Below are positions 1 through 13,120 of a DNA stretch of 64,000 nucleotides, in pieces. Under the pieces are notes generated by a model. It did not search any database and had not been told where the DNA came from. It worked only from the letters and a program-made list of their open reading frames with translations. Every line of letters begins with the position of its first letter. The stretch's first letter is position 1. The stretch comes from Octopus vulgaris (taxonomy: Eukaryota). The stretch is from positions 19,530,001 through 19,594,000 of the forward strand of contig OX597839.1 in NCBI GenBank assembly GCA_951406725.2. The letters are read 5' to 3'. The position numbers were made by a program, and so were the translations under genes.

Positions 1-159
1 CCATTTATTATATAATCCTAAAATAACAGCATAAACCAATATACGAACAGATAACGTCTGTACTCGAGACCTTTTATGTGTATACCATTATTATTTAAAT
101 ATGCATAAGACCAGTTTATATGCCGTAACAGGGAATATGCTACTCGACAATATAATAAT

Positions 160-391
160 TATTTCTTTACTACCCACAAGGGGCTAAACACAGAGAGGAC
201 AAACAAGGGCAGACAAACTGATCAAGTCGATTATATCAACCCCAGTGCGTAACTGGTATTTATTTAATCGACCCCAAAAGGATGAAATGCAAAGTCGACC
301 TCGGCGGAATTTGAACTCACAACGTAACGGCAGACGAAGTACGGCTACGCATTTCACCTGGTGTGCTAACTATTCTGCCAGCTTGCCACCT
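160..391 (-). mobile_element. SINE family A (tRNA-derived head, central domain, tail 1)
   Basis: Reverse complement reads GGTGGCAAGCTGGCAGAA...GAGTTCAAATTCCGCCGAGGTCGACTTTGCATTTCATCC...CCCCTTGTGGGTAGTAAAGAAAT, a B-box-like head plus tail. There are about 15 copies in the window. Possible TSD TATAATAAT at 151/393. Confidence 0.85.
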
Positions 392-544
392 TTATAATAA
401 TGCTAGCTTAAAAGCTGCAGTCCGTGCGGACTTTGGGGCTATCTTCAAAAGAGGGTTGATTGCACCTGCGCTCCTAAACTAGGCTGAGCAATAATAAAAA
501 AGCATTTATTGGTGCCCTGCCAATACGGTATTAAAAACGATAAA

Positions 545-848
545 CGTCGCCCTTTTCAAGCCTAGCCAGTCTCATGGGCCCGGTTTTCCGGTTTCTGTGG
601 TGTATGTGTTCCCCCCAGCTGGACAGGACGCCAGTCCATCGCAGCGTTACTCATGAAACAAGAAGAGAGAATGAGAGAAAGTTGTGGCGAAAGAGTACAA
701 CAGGGGTCGCCACCACCCACTGCCGGAGCTTCGTGGAGCTTTTAGGTGTTTTCGCTCAATAAACACTCACAACATCCGGTCTGGGAATCGAAACCGCGAT
801 CCTCCGACCGCGAGTCCGCTGCCCTAACCACTGGGCCATTGCCTCTCT
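545..848 (-). mobile_element. SINE family C head and body joined to a CTGCGATGGACTGGCGTCC-type tail
   Basis: The tRNA-like head (GCAATGGCCCAGTGGTTAGGGCAGCGG...GGTTTCGATTCCC) is shared with 60754-61139 and 63632-64000. The tail is shared with 54580-54822 and 26930-27178. Confidence 0.8.
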
Positions 849-1061
849 TAATATGGTATGACCCTGCCAATACGGTAGTACCTTAAATTCAGTTTAAATG
901 AAAAACTCGTAAATACACAAATTTTTTAGAGTTCTTTTAAAATCTGGATTTTCAACTGTTAGTATTTAACAAATCCTCATCCAGAACTGGGTGGGATGTT
1001 CAAGAACCAAACGAAGGTCCGATTTTCAATCCTGGGATCATCCTGATTCCAAAAAGGTATA

Positions 1062-1575
1062 CCGTAAATCCTCGAGTATAGTCCGCCCTTGAGTATTACG
1101 CAGGGGATTTTTAGGGGGCTATACTTCTGAAAAACCTAAACCTTGTGTATAATAAGCACCCCTTCTCTAACTTGAGTCAAGGAGATCTATATAACGTACT
1201 TGATTTCTAAAAAAGTATACGGTAACATCCTTTATTATCATTGTATATATAACATAATGCAAACATGTAGCTTTTTTGTACATTTTGTTTGCAGAAAATA
1301 AAATAATAGTAATAACCTTTAATAAATGTTGCTTATTGCAATTTATGGATGATTCTTTTATGACTTCATTGCTTTCAGGCTTAGCTTAAGGTATTTTCGT
1401 GCCCTACATCACAAAATGCGTCTGAATAAACATTGCCGGACAGCAAATAGAGACACGGACATTGCTTAGGATTTTTTTTTTCATTTTTAACCTCGTATAT
1501 AGTACGCACTAGGGATTTTGACGCTTAAATTTTTTTTGGGGTGGGGGAATGCGGATTATACTCGAGGATTTACGG
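1062..1575. mobile_element. MITE, Tc1/mariner superfamily (CCGTA termini, Tc2/pogo-like)
   Basis: TIRs CCGTAAATCCTCGAGTATAGTCCGC and GCGGATTATACTCGAGGATTTACGG (1 mismatch), TA on both sides, no ORF. Confidence 0.85.
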
Positions 1576-1708
1576 TAATATGTTTATGCAGAGCAAATGT
1601 AGATTGACGAGCAGACAGACAGATAGAATTTTGCGTTTATCATAATAATAGATTATCGTTCCACTTACCTTTAACTGTGAAGACGATTCTGGTTAAAAGG
1701 ACATCTAT

Positions 1709-2644
1709 GTGAGCGGGTATCCAGAAGTAACCGGAAACGCTCTCCATGGGATAAGTCCGTTGTAGTTCGGACTTCCGCCGCTAGAAGCCACTTAATTCAA
1801 CTCTCAGACATCAGTCTGCTGATCAGCGTCGTCTACTGAGGTTGTACTGCCACCTGGCGTGTCTTTGTTTCGCAGTGCTTCTCTCCTGCTCTCATTGATG
1901 TTTCGCGATGGCTAAAACGAAGGACCGGTTTGCTTCTGTGACATTCAGCTGGGTCCCCCCCCCCCCGGGGGAAAACAGCAACCGAAACAGTTGTCATGCT
2001 TCAAAAGTCCAATGCCATGAACAAAACACAAGTCTTCGAGTGGTTTTTAGGCTTTCAGAATGATCACTTGTCGCTTGAAGACAAACCTCGTTCAGGGCGA
2101 CCGTCCACCTCCCGAACGAATGAAAATATCATGAAAATCATGAACTGACCTTAGAGGACTGTCACCAAACAATTGACGAACTTGTTGACATGACTGGTGT
2201 GTCCTGGAGATCCCGTCAACGAAGTTGGAGCGAGGAATTGCGAATGAAAAAAGAGTTTCAGCAAAATTTGTGCCTCGCTTGCTTACAGAAGATAAAAAGC
2301 AGTCACGACTGAATGCGTGTCGTGAATTGAAAGAATAGTTAGATATTGATCAGGACATTTTTTCGAAGGTTATCGCTGGTGACAGAAGCTGGTACTACGG
2401 GATTTGCAGATATGAAAGAGTTGAAGAAAAAGAAAAAAAAAAACAAACAGAGGCGTTAAATGACATCGCTTCGCAAGAGTTCCAGCATTGTTTCGAATAG
2501 GAGAAACGCGCCAGAACTGATTGCATTGCTTCAAAATGGAGAATACTTTGAAGGCGATAAAAGTGTAAATATGTAAAACTAAGTGAATAAAATCATATTG
2601 CAAAATTACGCATTTTTTTTTTATTTATTGGGTACCACCTCGTT
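1709..2644 (+). mobile_element. Decayed, internally deleted mariner element (transposase pseudogene)
   Basis: Broken frames give KTATETVVMLQ, KTQVFEWF, LEDKPRSGRPSTSRTNENI, SAKFVPRLLTEDKKQSRLNACRELKE and SKVIAGDRSWYYG (first catalytic D), then a C-terminal CIAS..GEYFEGD. Degenerate TIRs lie near 1709 and 2625-2644. Confidence 0.85.
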
Positions 2645-2715
2645 TGTGTACGTGCAAGTTTTAATCTTTGTTATGTGATGATTTCGCTATGTGATCTTGT
2701 GTTGGCTCTCCTGAT

Positions 2716-3050
2716 TCATTAGTCTTTGCTAGTTAATCTTTACTCGTTAGTCTTTGCTCGTTAGTCTTTACTCGTTAGTCGTTGTTCGTTAGTCTTTGTT
2801 CGTTAGTCTTTGCTCGTTGGTCTTTGCTCGTTGGCCCTTGCTCGTTAGTCTTTGCTCGTTAGTCTTTGCCCGTTAGTCTTTACCCGTTAGTCTTTGCCCG
2901 TTTGTCTTTACCCGTTAGTCTTTGCCCGTTTGTCTTTACCCGTTAGTCTTTGCCCGTTTGTCTTTGCTCTTTAGTCTTTGCCCGTTAGTCTTTGCTCTTT
3001 AGTCTTTACTCATTAGCCTTGTGTTCATTAGTCTTTGCTCATTAGTCTTG
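2716..3050. repeat. 14-bp minisatellite, consensus TTAGTCTTTGCTCG, about 23 copies
   Basis: Direct tandem units read from the sequence, with variants TTAGTCTTTGCCCG and TTTGTCTTTACCCG alternating in the middle. Confidence 0.9.
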
Positions 3051-3395
3051 TCAGAACGCTCGCAGAATCCTTTCCAAGCCACTCTCATGTCAGTTACGAA
3101 GGTTCTGCACCAGATAATTTTCAATCTTCCTCTCTTGCTTCCCCCTCCGGCGGTCTCTAAAATTCAAAGCTGTTCGCGAATGTCATTTTTTCCCCTGGTA
3201 GCCGGAGTATGCCATTGGCTAGTTTAAATCTTCGTTCCGTAATGATTCCTCATCTTCATTTTCTTTGGAACAAAAAACTTCGCTGGTTACGTAGCCTTAC
3301 CAGTTTGTTCTCAGATTCCTTCCTAAGCATCTTTGGTGGAAGACATCAAGCTTTCTCTGGATTTTCTCGTTCCTCTTTCATGTCTCATTAACATA
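3050..3395 (-). mobile_element. RTE-clade LINE fragment (region C-terminal to RT), decayed
   Basis: Minus-strand frames give IQRKLDVFHQRCLGRNLRTNW, ITERRFKLANGILRLP and SKRGRLKIIWCRTFVTDM, matching the RTE pattern KL..FHQRCLR.IL...W and RGRPK.TW. Confidence 0.7.
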
Positions 3396-3624
3396 GGGAA
3401 ATGTTGATAGAAATATTGTATTACAGAGTCAGATACCAGCGTGTAAGATAATAGTGTGGTTCGAATCTCAAGGAAGAACAATTAATTTTTCCACAATTCA
3501 CGCACCACATACTTCACGAAGAGGAATATTAAATTTAATGCCTACATACTGTTGAAAAAGTTGTGATGGTCACATCTGGACGGCCTTTAATTATGATTTC
3601 GCTTGATCACCTACTTACACACGC

Positions 3625-3663
3625 TAAACTACACCGCAACCATCACGACGACGACGATCACCT

Positions 3664-3703
<40 letters not shown>

Positions 3704-5155
3704 GACAATCACCCTCCACAATACCACTATTACAACTACAACCACTACTACAACAACTACTACGACAATAACCAATACCACCACTACTACTACGACAACC
3801 ACCACCGCCACTACTGCGACAACCACCACCACAACTACTACGATGACAATCAACACCACCACCATCACCTACATTACTACTACTACTACCGCCACTACCT
3901 CCACTTTATGTAAACGCTGTGGCTACAAATAAAAGTATTATCAATATTACTGCCAACGTCACTACCACCACCACTACTACCCAAACAATAACAACCATTA
4001 ACACTAAACACTAATACTATTACCACTACAATAGCTACTGCCACCATGACCACTATTACCACCACTACAACCACCACCATTACAACTACCACTAGCACCA
4101 CAATTGTTGCCTTCACCATGACCACCATAGCCAGCACCAATACTACTTCTGCCATTATTATCATCAACACAACCAATACTGTTACCATTACTACCACGTT
4201 AACAACCACCCCCACCATCATCACCACGACCACTAGCACTACGACCAGAACCTTCATCTCCACCACCACCACCATCACTATTAACACCGCCTCTACTACA
4301 ACCGCCACCACCATCACCACCACCTTAGCAAACACCGCAGCTGCCACCACAACCACTGCAAACACACAACCGCCACCAACACCACTACAGCAAACACCAC
4401 AACTGCCAACAGTACCACCACCATTACCACCATTCGTAACATCGTCACCACTACGACTACTATCACCACCACCAGAACCACAGCCAACACCATCACTGCT
4501 ACAACTATTACTACTACTACTACTACTACTACTATCACTACCACCACCACCACCGCCACTACTACTACCACTATCACCACCACCACTACTATCACACCAC
4601 CACCATTACTACTACTACTATCACCACCACCACCATTACTACTACTACTATCACCACCACCACCATTACTACTATCACCACCACCGCCACTACTACTACT
4701 ACCATCACCACCACCGCCACTACTACTACTACCATCACCACCACCGCCACTACTACTACTACTATCACCACCACCGCCACTACTACTACTACCATCACCA
4801 CCACCGCCACTACTACTACTACTATCACCACCACCATTACTACTACTACTATCACCACCACCATTACTACTACTACTATCACACCACCGCCACTACTACT
4901 ACTACTATCACCACCACCGCTACTATCACTATCATCACCACCACTACTACTACCACCACCACCGCCACTACTACTACCACTATCACCACCACCGCCACTA
5001 CTACTACCACTATCACCACCACTCCGCCACTACTACTACTATCACAACCACCGCCACTACTATCACTACTACTACTACTACTATCACCACCACCACTACT
5101 ACTACTACTACTATCACCACCACCACTATTACTACTATCACTACCACCACCCTCC
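3625..5155. repeat. Low-complexity (CAC/TAC/ACT)n trinucleotide tract with a ~27-30 bp higher-order unit at 4590-5140
   Basis: CACCACCACCGCCACTACTACTACTAC(C/T)AT units. The poly-T/H/Y/V ORFs in several frames are by-products. Confidence 0.9.
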
Positions 5156-5449
5156 TTCCCTTCATCGTACACCCCACCGTTCCACTAATAAAACGTTTCA
5201 TTTGCCGTTCCGTCTCTTAACTCGGTTTGATTGTCAGGAAAGTATCCCTGTTAATCGAATAAGGGTTTTGCAGCGAGAGAACCCTTTTTCTGTGAGAAAG
5301 TGTATTCCTGATAATAATGGTAATAATGTTTCGCAAGTGAGACGTGCCTGCATCTGGGGTTTGAAACAGGGCACAAGGCAGGGCCGTCGACTGACCGGGG
5401 AATATGGCGTCGGAGAGCGGTAATTCAATGAGCAGCGTTTTTATGATCG

Positions 5450-6003
5450 CGTATATATATATATGTGTGTGTGTGTGCGTGTATATATATATATGTGTGT
5501 GTGTGTGCGTGTATATATATATATATATGTGTGTGTGCATGTATATATATATGTGTGTGTGCATGTATATATATATGTGTGTGTGTGCGTGTATATATAT
5601 ATATGTGTGCATGTATATATATATATGTGTGTGTGCGTGTATATATATATATGTGTGTGTGCGTGTATATATATATGTGTGTGTGCATGTATATATATAT
5701 ATGTGTGTGTGTGTGTGCGTGTATATATATATGTGTGCGTGCATGTATATATATATGTGTGTGTGTGTGTGCATGTATGTATGTATATATATGTGTATAT
5801 ATATATATATACGTGTGCATGTATATATATATGTATATATGTGTGTGTGTATGTATATTTACGTATGTATATGTGTGTGAATGTATATGTAGGTATGTAT
5901 GTATGTATTTGTGTATGTGTTGTATGTATGTATATATTTTCAGACACACACACACACACATATATATGTATATAACATATATATATATATATATACACGC
6001 GCG

Positions 6004-6070
<67 letters not shown>

Positions 6071-6082
6071 AGAGAGACAAAC

Positions 6083-6140
<58 letters not shown>

Positions 6141-6145
6141 GCAGA
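5450..6145. repeat. Compound (TA)n(TG)n microsatellite followed by (GATA)n
   Basis: Visible directly; a ~22-26 bp compound unit (TA)4-7(TG)3-7C(G/A)TG. Confidence 0.95.
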
Positions 6146-6478
6146 CAGATATATATCCATACGCATGCGCACCTACAGACTTGCATATCATACATGTGTA
6201 CAGCCACATACCTCTGTTTACACATCTCGCGTCGATTGCAGATCTTAGGCGATTACGGACGTCTGTCTGTTGTCTTCAAAACCGGACTGCCCGTCGATGA
6301 TACATTGATACGAACACATTAATTTTTGCTGACTAATGAAAAATCATCCTTCTCTCTCTTTCTCCCTCTTAATCTAACGCTTTCTCTCCTCTCACCCCTA
6401 CTCTGTATTCCTCTTACAAATATACAAATACCCACAAACAAAGGCATACATTTGCTCTTGAATAATACATACATGGGA

Positions 6479-6552
6479 GCCCCTATAGTTCATTGGTTTA
6501 GAGCACTGGTCGCGTAAACCTGGGGTTATGAGTTCGAATCTCACGGGCGGCA
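6479..6552 (+). pseudogene. tRNA-Thr(CGT)-like pseudogene forming the head of a mini-SINE
   Basis: Cloverleaf GCCCCTA-TA-GTTC-ATTGGTTTA-GAGC-A-CTGGT-CGCGTAA-ACCTG-GGGTT-ATGAG-TTCGAAT-CTCAC-GGGCGGC-A. It has mismatches in the acceptor, anticodon and T stems, and G at position 33. Confidence 0.7.
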
Positions 6553-6659
6553 GTGGATTGAAAAATTGTTGTACGCTTCAATTTTTCAAGGTGGTGCTCC
6601 AGCATGACCACAGTCGAATGACTGTAACGATTGAGAAAAAAAAAAGAAATACAATCTAT

Positions 6660-7085
6660 TTTTTATATTTTGCTTGTTTTCGTTATTGGATTGCAGCTAT
6701 GATGGGACACCGCCTTGACGGAGTTTTAAATAAGAAATAGACCCCAGTATCTATTTTGGTTTATTCAGTTCTCTTATTGCATTTGTTAAACTGCAGGGTC
6801 ATAGGGACATAAATAAACGAACACCTGTTGTCAAAAGGTGGGAGGGGACTAACGTGACATTAGCACAAAGACAAACACGTGTCTATCTATCTATCTTTCT
6901 GTCGCGCTACCTGTTTGTCTATCTATATGCATAAGACGGGTTTCCACGCTGTTTCCTTCTACCAAATTTACTCACAAAGCATTCGTCGACTCGAGGCCAC
7001 AATAGGAGACACTTATCCAAGATATCGCAGAGTAGGACCGAACCTGAAACCGCATCGTTAGAAAATGAGCTTCTTAACCACACTG

Positions 7086-7090
<5 letters not shown>
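6660..7090 (-). mobile_element. SINE family B, old diverged copy
   Basis: Degenerate but colinear match to 17545-17973. Confidence 0.7.
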
Positions 7091-7172
<82 letters not shown>

Positions 7173-7522
7173 CGTGAGTGCGTGCGCGTGTGTATGTATA
7201 GTCAATCCAAACAAGAACGAGCAAGAAAAATATCGAACTCACTACCTCATGATTGTGACACCGACGCTACATTTCAAATATGCACAGTAAGGCGCGCTTT
7301 GATAAAAATAATTTTGCCGCTATTTGTAGTTAGCATTGTAATTATATATATTAGACGTTTTACGAACGTCTAAGCTCCGAGTTCAAATCAGGCCGAGGTC
7401 TACCTTATATTTTGTATCCCCGTATTTCTAAAATGTATAAAATTAAAAAATATTTTTGTTGTTTTTGTAAAATCTCGTAAAATAATTAAAAATTCACATT
7501 CACAAGGAAAGAAAAAAATAGG

Positions 7523-7557
7523 ATTTCACGTTTCGAGCGGAGCTCTTCATCAGAAAT
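7523..7557 (-). ncRNA. Minimal type I hammerhead ribozyme motif (cleavage-site variant)
   Basis: Minus strand: AUUU-CUGAUGA-A-GAGC-UCC-GCUC-GAAA-CG-UG-AAAU. The core, stem I, stem II and CG palindromic stem III are present, but H17 is G. Confidence 0.7.
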
Positions 7558-7906
7558 ATAGAAAAAGTCCAAAGAAGGGAAGACGGAGAAAGAAAATCGC
7601 CAACAATACACAAGCGGTCACACACACACACACACACATTATTTGCCAGCAATGAATAGTATTATGGCTTAAGAGTAGTCAGCTTTCATAGCGAATATTC
7701 ATCTGTTGGTCGGATTTCCATTCGCTGATTTCCAACCGAAACCAAATCGCTTAAGTTTGCATCAATAAACCTGAGAAAAGAACGCATGCCATGTACTCTT
7801 CTCGATTCACTCTTCTTTGGTAATCAGTAATAAACGGTTATAGAAATACCAGTCAAACTCCGCGGTTACTTCTTGGAATCAGCTAGGTAGACCACCACTA
7901 GTAATA

Positions 7907-8115
7907 TATTTCTTTACTACCCACAAGGGGCTAAACACAGAGGGGACAAACAAGGACAGACAAAGGGATTAAGTCGATTACATCGACCCCAGTGGGTAAC
8001 TGGTACTTAATTTATCGACCCCGAAAGGATGAAAGGCAAAGTCAACCTCGGCGGAACTTGAACTCGGAACGTAACGACAGACGAAATACGGCTACGCATT
8101 TCGCCCGACGTGCTA
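7907..8115 (-). mobile_element. SINE family A, slightly 5'-truncated, with 18-bp TSD
   Basis: AGACCACCACTAGTAATA at 7889-7906 and 8116-8133. Confidence 0.9.
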
Positions 8116-8424
8116 AGACCACCACTAGTAATAGACCTGCTTTACAAAAATCCTTTATTTTCTTATTTTGGGCCTCCGCACTTTAGACTCTACCAGTAAA
8201 GGAAGACTAAAAGGCTTTTGTGACACAGGCCAACACTAGTGTCTTTAGTCTGGAGTATATATTTTAGAAATACGGGGATGCAAAATATAAGGTAGACTTC
8301 GGCCTGATTTGAACTCGGAGCTTAGACGTTCGTAAAACGTCTTATATATAATTATAATGCTAACTACAAATAGCGGCAAAATTATTTTTATCAAAGCGCG
8401 CCTTACTGTGTATATTTGAAATGT

Positions 8425-8720
8425 AGCGTCGGTGTCACAATCATGAGGTAGCGAGTTCGATTCCCAGACTAGGCTGTCTGTTGTGTTCTTGAGCAAGACA
8501 CTTTATTTCACGTTGTTTCATTCCACTCAGCTGTAGAAATGAGTTGTGATGTCACTGGTGCCAAGCTGTATCGGCTCTTTTGCCTTTCCCTTGAATAACA
8601 TGGGTGGAAGGGAGACGGGAAGCGGTATGCATAGGCGACCGCTGGTATTCCATAAACAACCTTGCCCAGAGGGGAACTTTCAGGTGCAGTCCCTTGGTCG
8701 TTCATGACCGAAGGGATTGC
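8425..8720 (+). mobile_element. SINE family D (CORE-like) with tail ii
   Basis: GAGTTCGATTCCC B box, then GTGTTCTTGAGCAAGACACTTTATTTCAC...CTCAGCTGTAGAAATGAG, which resembles the CORE domain. The same layout occurs at 44965-45300. Confidence 0.7.
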
Positions 8721-9292
8721 ACCTAATTGAAACTCAGAACGTGCTAACAATTCTGCCTGCTTGCCGCCTCCGTGGTTTCACATTTTGGCTCAAGGTCTGA
8801 AATTGGGGGGGTCGATTACACTGACCTCAAAGCTCAACTGATACTTGTTTTATCTACTCCCAAAGGATGAAATGCAAAGAATACCTCGTCACAATTTGGC
8901 TATCTACCTATAAAAGAAACAATTAAATAATACAAAAATAGTTTTTTTTCTTCCACTGTTCCGTGATGTGATGAAATTCTGGTTTAGATTTTAGCACAAG
9001 GTCAGCTATTTCGAATCAACTGGTTCTTATTTTATCGACCCCGATAGGGTGTCAGGCAAAGTCGACCTCGGAGGAATTTGAACTCAGAGCCTAACGTTAC
9101 GAATTTCAACTCAGAACGTACTAACGATTCTGCCCGCTCGCTGCCTCCGTCGTTTCAAATTTTGACCCAAGGCCTGAAATTTTGGCGTTGAGGGCTGGTC
9201 GATAACACCGACCCCACAGCTCACCTGGTACTTATTTCGCTTATTCCCAAAGGATGAATTGCAAAGAAGACTTCGGCACAATTTGGACATGT

Positions 9293-9592
9293 TGTTTGTT
9301 CCTTCTCGAGCCATGCCTGGCTCATAACGGCCGGTTTCCCGGTTTCTTGGTGTATAGGTTCCCCACCTGGACGGGACGCCGGTCCGTCGCAGGTGAGCTG
9401 CAAGATGCAGGAGGAAAGAATGAGAGAAAGTTGTGGCAAAAGAGTCAGCAGAAGTTTCGCCATTACCTTCTGCCGGAGCCGCGTGGAGCTTAGGTGTTTC
9501 GCTCATAAACACACACATCGTCCGCTCTGAGATTCGAACCCTCGATCCCTCGACCTCGAGTTTGCTGCTCTAACCACTAGGCCATGTGCCTC
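9293..9592 (-). mobile_element. SINE family C variant with 16-bp TSD, inserted in an old SINE A cluster
   Basis: CACAATTTGGACATGT at 9277-9292 and 9593-9608; tRNA-like head GGAGGCACATGGCCTAGTGGTTAGAGCAG...GGTTCGAATCTC. Confidence 0.85.
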
Positions 9593-10408
9593 CACAATTT
9601 GGACATGTACTTATAGAAGAAACCAATAATACGAAAAAAAAAAATGGATGCTTTTGTCTAGTGTTCTACAACGTAATAAAATATTAAAACAAACGTTAGT
9701 TAATTAGCTTCGAGACTGATTGGCTTGTAGTAGGATATAACATACATCAATGAACGTACCATTTCTAGTTTACACGGTAATGAAAATACAGGACTTACTT
9801 AAAAGGAAATTGTCACAGTTTAATGGAAACAAAACTTAAGTTGATAAGGGTACGGGTAAGGTTAATTATCTACCGGTTTATTTCTACTCAGTCTCTAGCA
9901 ATTATTGTTCTGTACCGTAAACCGAATAGAGTAGAAATCGATTCGTATTTATTCTCTCTCTCTCTCTTTCTCTTTCTCATTTGCAATTTATCTCTGTTCA
10001 TCTTCGGCAATGTGCGATTAAGACAATTGAGTTGATTTATCATGCAAAAGTACTTTATGCCTAATTAAGAAATCGTTATTGTATCCTCCCCTGTGTAGGT
10101 AAGAGTTCATCAAAAAAAAAAAAAAGGCGACAACTTAACACATCCTATATTGATTCTTTGAAAGGAAAAAGAAAAAAAATACAGCGAGCTACTGAGATTG
10201 GTGTTCCATACGCCATTTTGCTTTGAGGTATACGGTTTGATGGAACTACGCTTATTACCTATCGAGTGGAATTGTCTGTTTGCACACGTACGTAGACATA
10301 AATCACACAACATAGGGAAATCTCTCCAAACATACACCACTACGCATATATAATTCTAACAGATCTCTATATCCTTCTCTCTCGCATGCATATATATATA
10401 TAACAATG

Positions 10409-10462
<54 letters not shown>

Positions 10463-12365
10463 TGAGGGAATATTATTCCAAACTTACAGGGAAAAATTCA
10501 ATTTAGAAATACTAAACCAAATTTCACAAAATATAATATATATATATATTAGAAAAAAAATTACCATTTATCAATTCAATAATGAAAAATTAAAATTAAT
10601 CATTGTTATATGTTTTATCTTATATTTAATCTTTCTATAATGAGTAATTTTTCTAAATGGTATAACTTAGCGTCTCGGCAAATGAGACCGATAGAATAAG
10701 TACCAGGCTTACAAAGAATATGTCCTGGGGTCGATTCTCTAGACTAAAATAGGCGATGCTGCAGCATGGCCGCAGTCAAATGACTGAAACAAGTAAAGGA
10801 GTAAAAGAGTAAATAAAATATGATTACTGTAGCCATGGAAACTGATCATACGTGTCTAGAAGACTGACTTATCACACCTTAGACGTCTTTGACAAACTCT
10901 CTGAACTTATCGGTGAATTTTCCCAGAAGAATACAAAAGATTATTTGTTGAGATACATCAAGTATTTTTACCTGTTACTTTCTATTGGTTGATTATATTT
11001 ATTAACAAATTCTGAAAGAGTTCTGGTGTTGATTTTCCTAACTGCTTTATTTCTCTTTTAGAATTGGCTATGTTGCATTCTTCGAAGAGTCACGGGAGAT
11101 GATTCAAAATACCATTTTCTCTAGAAATAGAAAAGGATTGATCTAGAAGTTAAAGGCTTCTCATTGAAAAAAAAAATGATAATCTATTCGAAACGTCCAT
11201 GGACAGATCGAAGTATGAGACTACAGAAAACTAAAATATAAAGCAAAGAATTATGAGAATACAAAGAGGGCCCGCCATTTTTGTTTCAATTTAATCTGAA
11301 GAGGCGGTTCAGGGCACGCTTTTCGTAAACATTTCTAAGACCCTACGGACTAGGGGTTAGATATTACAGAACAAGGTTAATATGGTTCATATTTTTCAGA
11401 GATGAGTTCAAATCCCGCTGGGTTTGATTTCGCCTTTCATTATTCTGAGATCGATCAAATAAGTGTCTGTTAAATATTGATTCCGATTTAATCGGCTATG
11501 GTCCTCCTCCTCTCCAAAAGTTTACGGCTACTGAGTGTATGTAAGTAAGAAATCGATATTTGAAAGAGAGGGAGAGATCGGGAGATTGCAAAGAGAAAGT
11601 GATGTAGAGAACTGAAGAGATGGAGGATCGACAGAAAGAAGGGGTTTTGAGGGATAATAGGAATTATGCAGAGGGGACAAATGGGGGGACTAAAAGGAGA
11701 AGAAGAAAGATGAGGATAAAAGCAGAGAAGGAAGTAAGAAGGAGGAGAACGAAAAGAGCAAAAGAAATTAAATACAAGAGAAAACAAGGAAGATAGAAAG
11801 AGCAGTCAAACAAGAGAAAAATGAAACCAAAAGATCTATCTATCTATCTATCTATATTTATATATATATGTGTGTGTGCATATATATATATATATAGAGA
11901 GAGAGAGGGGGGGAGAGACAGAGAAAAAGGAGAGGCTAATATATAAAGAGAAAGTCAACGATAAAAAGAAAGCTTATAGCAAAATGAAGGCAAAGGATAG
12001 AATGAGAGAACAAGGCTTGAGAGGCAGAGAGAAAGAGACTCAGTACAGTGGTAGAGGGAAAGGAGAGATGAAGAGAAGGAGAGTAATTGTAGGAAACTTT
12101 GTAAATAAATAGTGAAGAGAGAGAGATAGAGAGGAGGGAGGGAGGGAGGGAGGGAGAGAGATAGAGGAAGACGGGGAGAGCGAGAGGCTGAAAATGAGAG
12201 ATAAGAAATAATCAATAGTATTTCTGTTTAATGTTGTTTTCCCATGATGCATCATTGTATTATGTGATTTATAGAAGCACCAGAGATGTTTGTGCAGATA
12301 TATATACACGTACATATACACACATACACACACGCTCACATTATATATACAGCTATATATATATA

Positions 12366-12433
<68 letters not shown>

Positions 12434-13120
12434 ACGTATATATTTCGATTACACACATACACAGATATATGAATATATATGAACATATATATATGTGTAT
12501 AACATATAAACATATATGTATATGTTTATAAATAAATTAATATATAAATATATATATGTGTGTATGTGTGTGTGTGTGTGCGTGTATCTGTATGTATCTA
12601 TATGTATATATTTATATATATGTGTGTATTGTATATATACATATATGAGTGTATATACATATATATTCATGCACATATGTGTGCATATGCATTTCTGTGT
12701 ATACATATTCATATATACATATGTTTGTAAATATACACACACACATATATATATATATATAACTTTTCGTTTTTCCTCCGCATCTGTTGACCCTAAGTTT
12801 AACACAACACCAACATCTGTCAGTCTTCTCTGACCTGTCACCCTTGCACTTTGACCCCCGAGCCTTGACTTTAAACCTTAAACTGTCCAACCCTTAATGA
12901 GTCAGTGGAACACTGTTTTCTGGATTGTTACAGAAGAGCTACAAAATAGTTTGCCTCGTGCTCGGCAATATGCGTGTCTGCTATATACGAGGTTGCTTGT
13001 TCGAATCCTACATTGTCCATTGGGTTATTTTCTCCTCGATTTTTTGTTTCTTTATTGTTTTTGCTTTCGTGAAAAAAATAGTAGTGACCATTATCTTTGG
13101 CCTTGTTATTCTTCTTGTTA

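Larger units (their letters stand above)
7232..8461. repeat. Local inverted duplication, ~207-bp arms (7232-7439 and 8256-8461)
   Basis: The arms are reverse complements with about 6 substitutions and one small indel. Confidence 0.9.

Noticed and set aside
2716-3050. CRISPR-like array
   Set aside because: The units are contiguous with no unique spacers, there are no cas genes, and the context is eukaryotic.
4046-5188. 380-aa Thr/His/Tyr/Pro-rich ORF resembling a mucin
   Set aside because: It is a trinucleotide low-complexity tract that is open in several frames on both strands. Composition switches with frame slips and there is no domain.
7660-8240. Very decayed RT-like fragment on the minus strand around the SINE A insertion
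   Set aside because: Only faint motif resemblance across several frameshifts.
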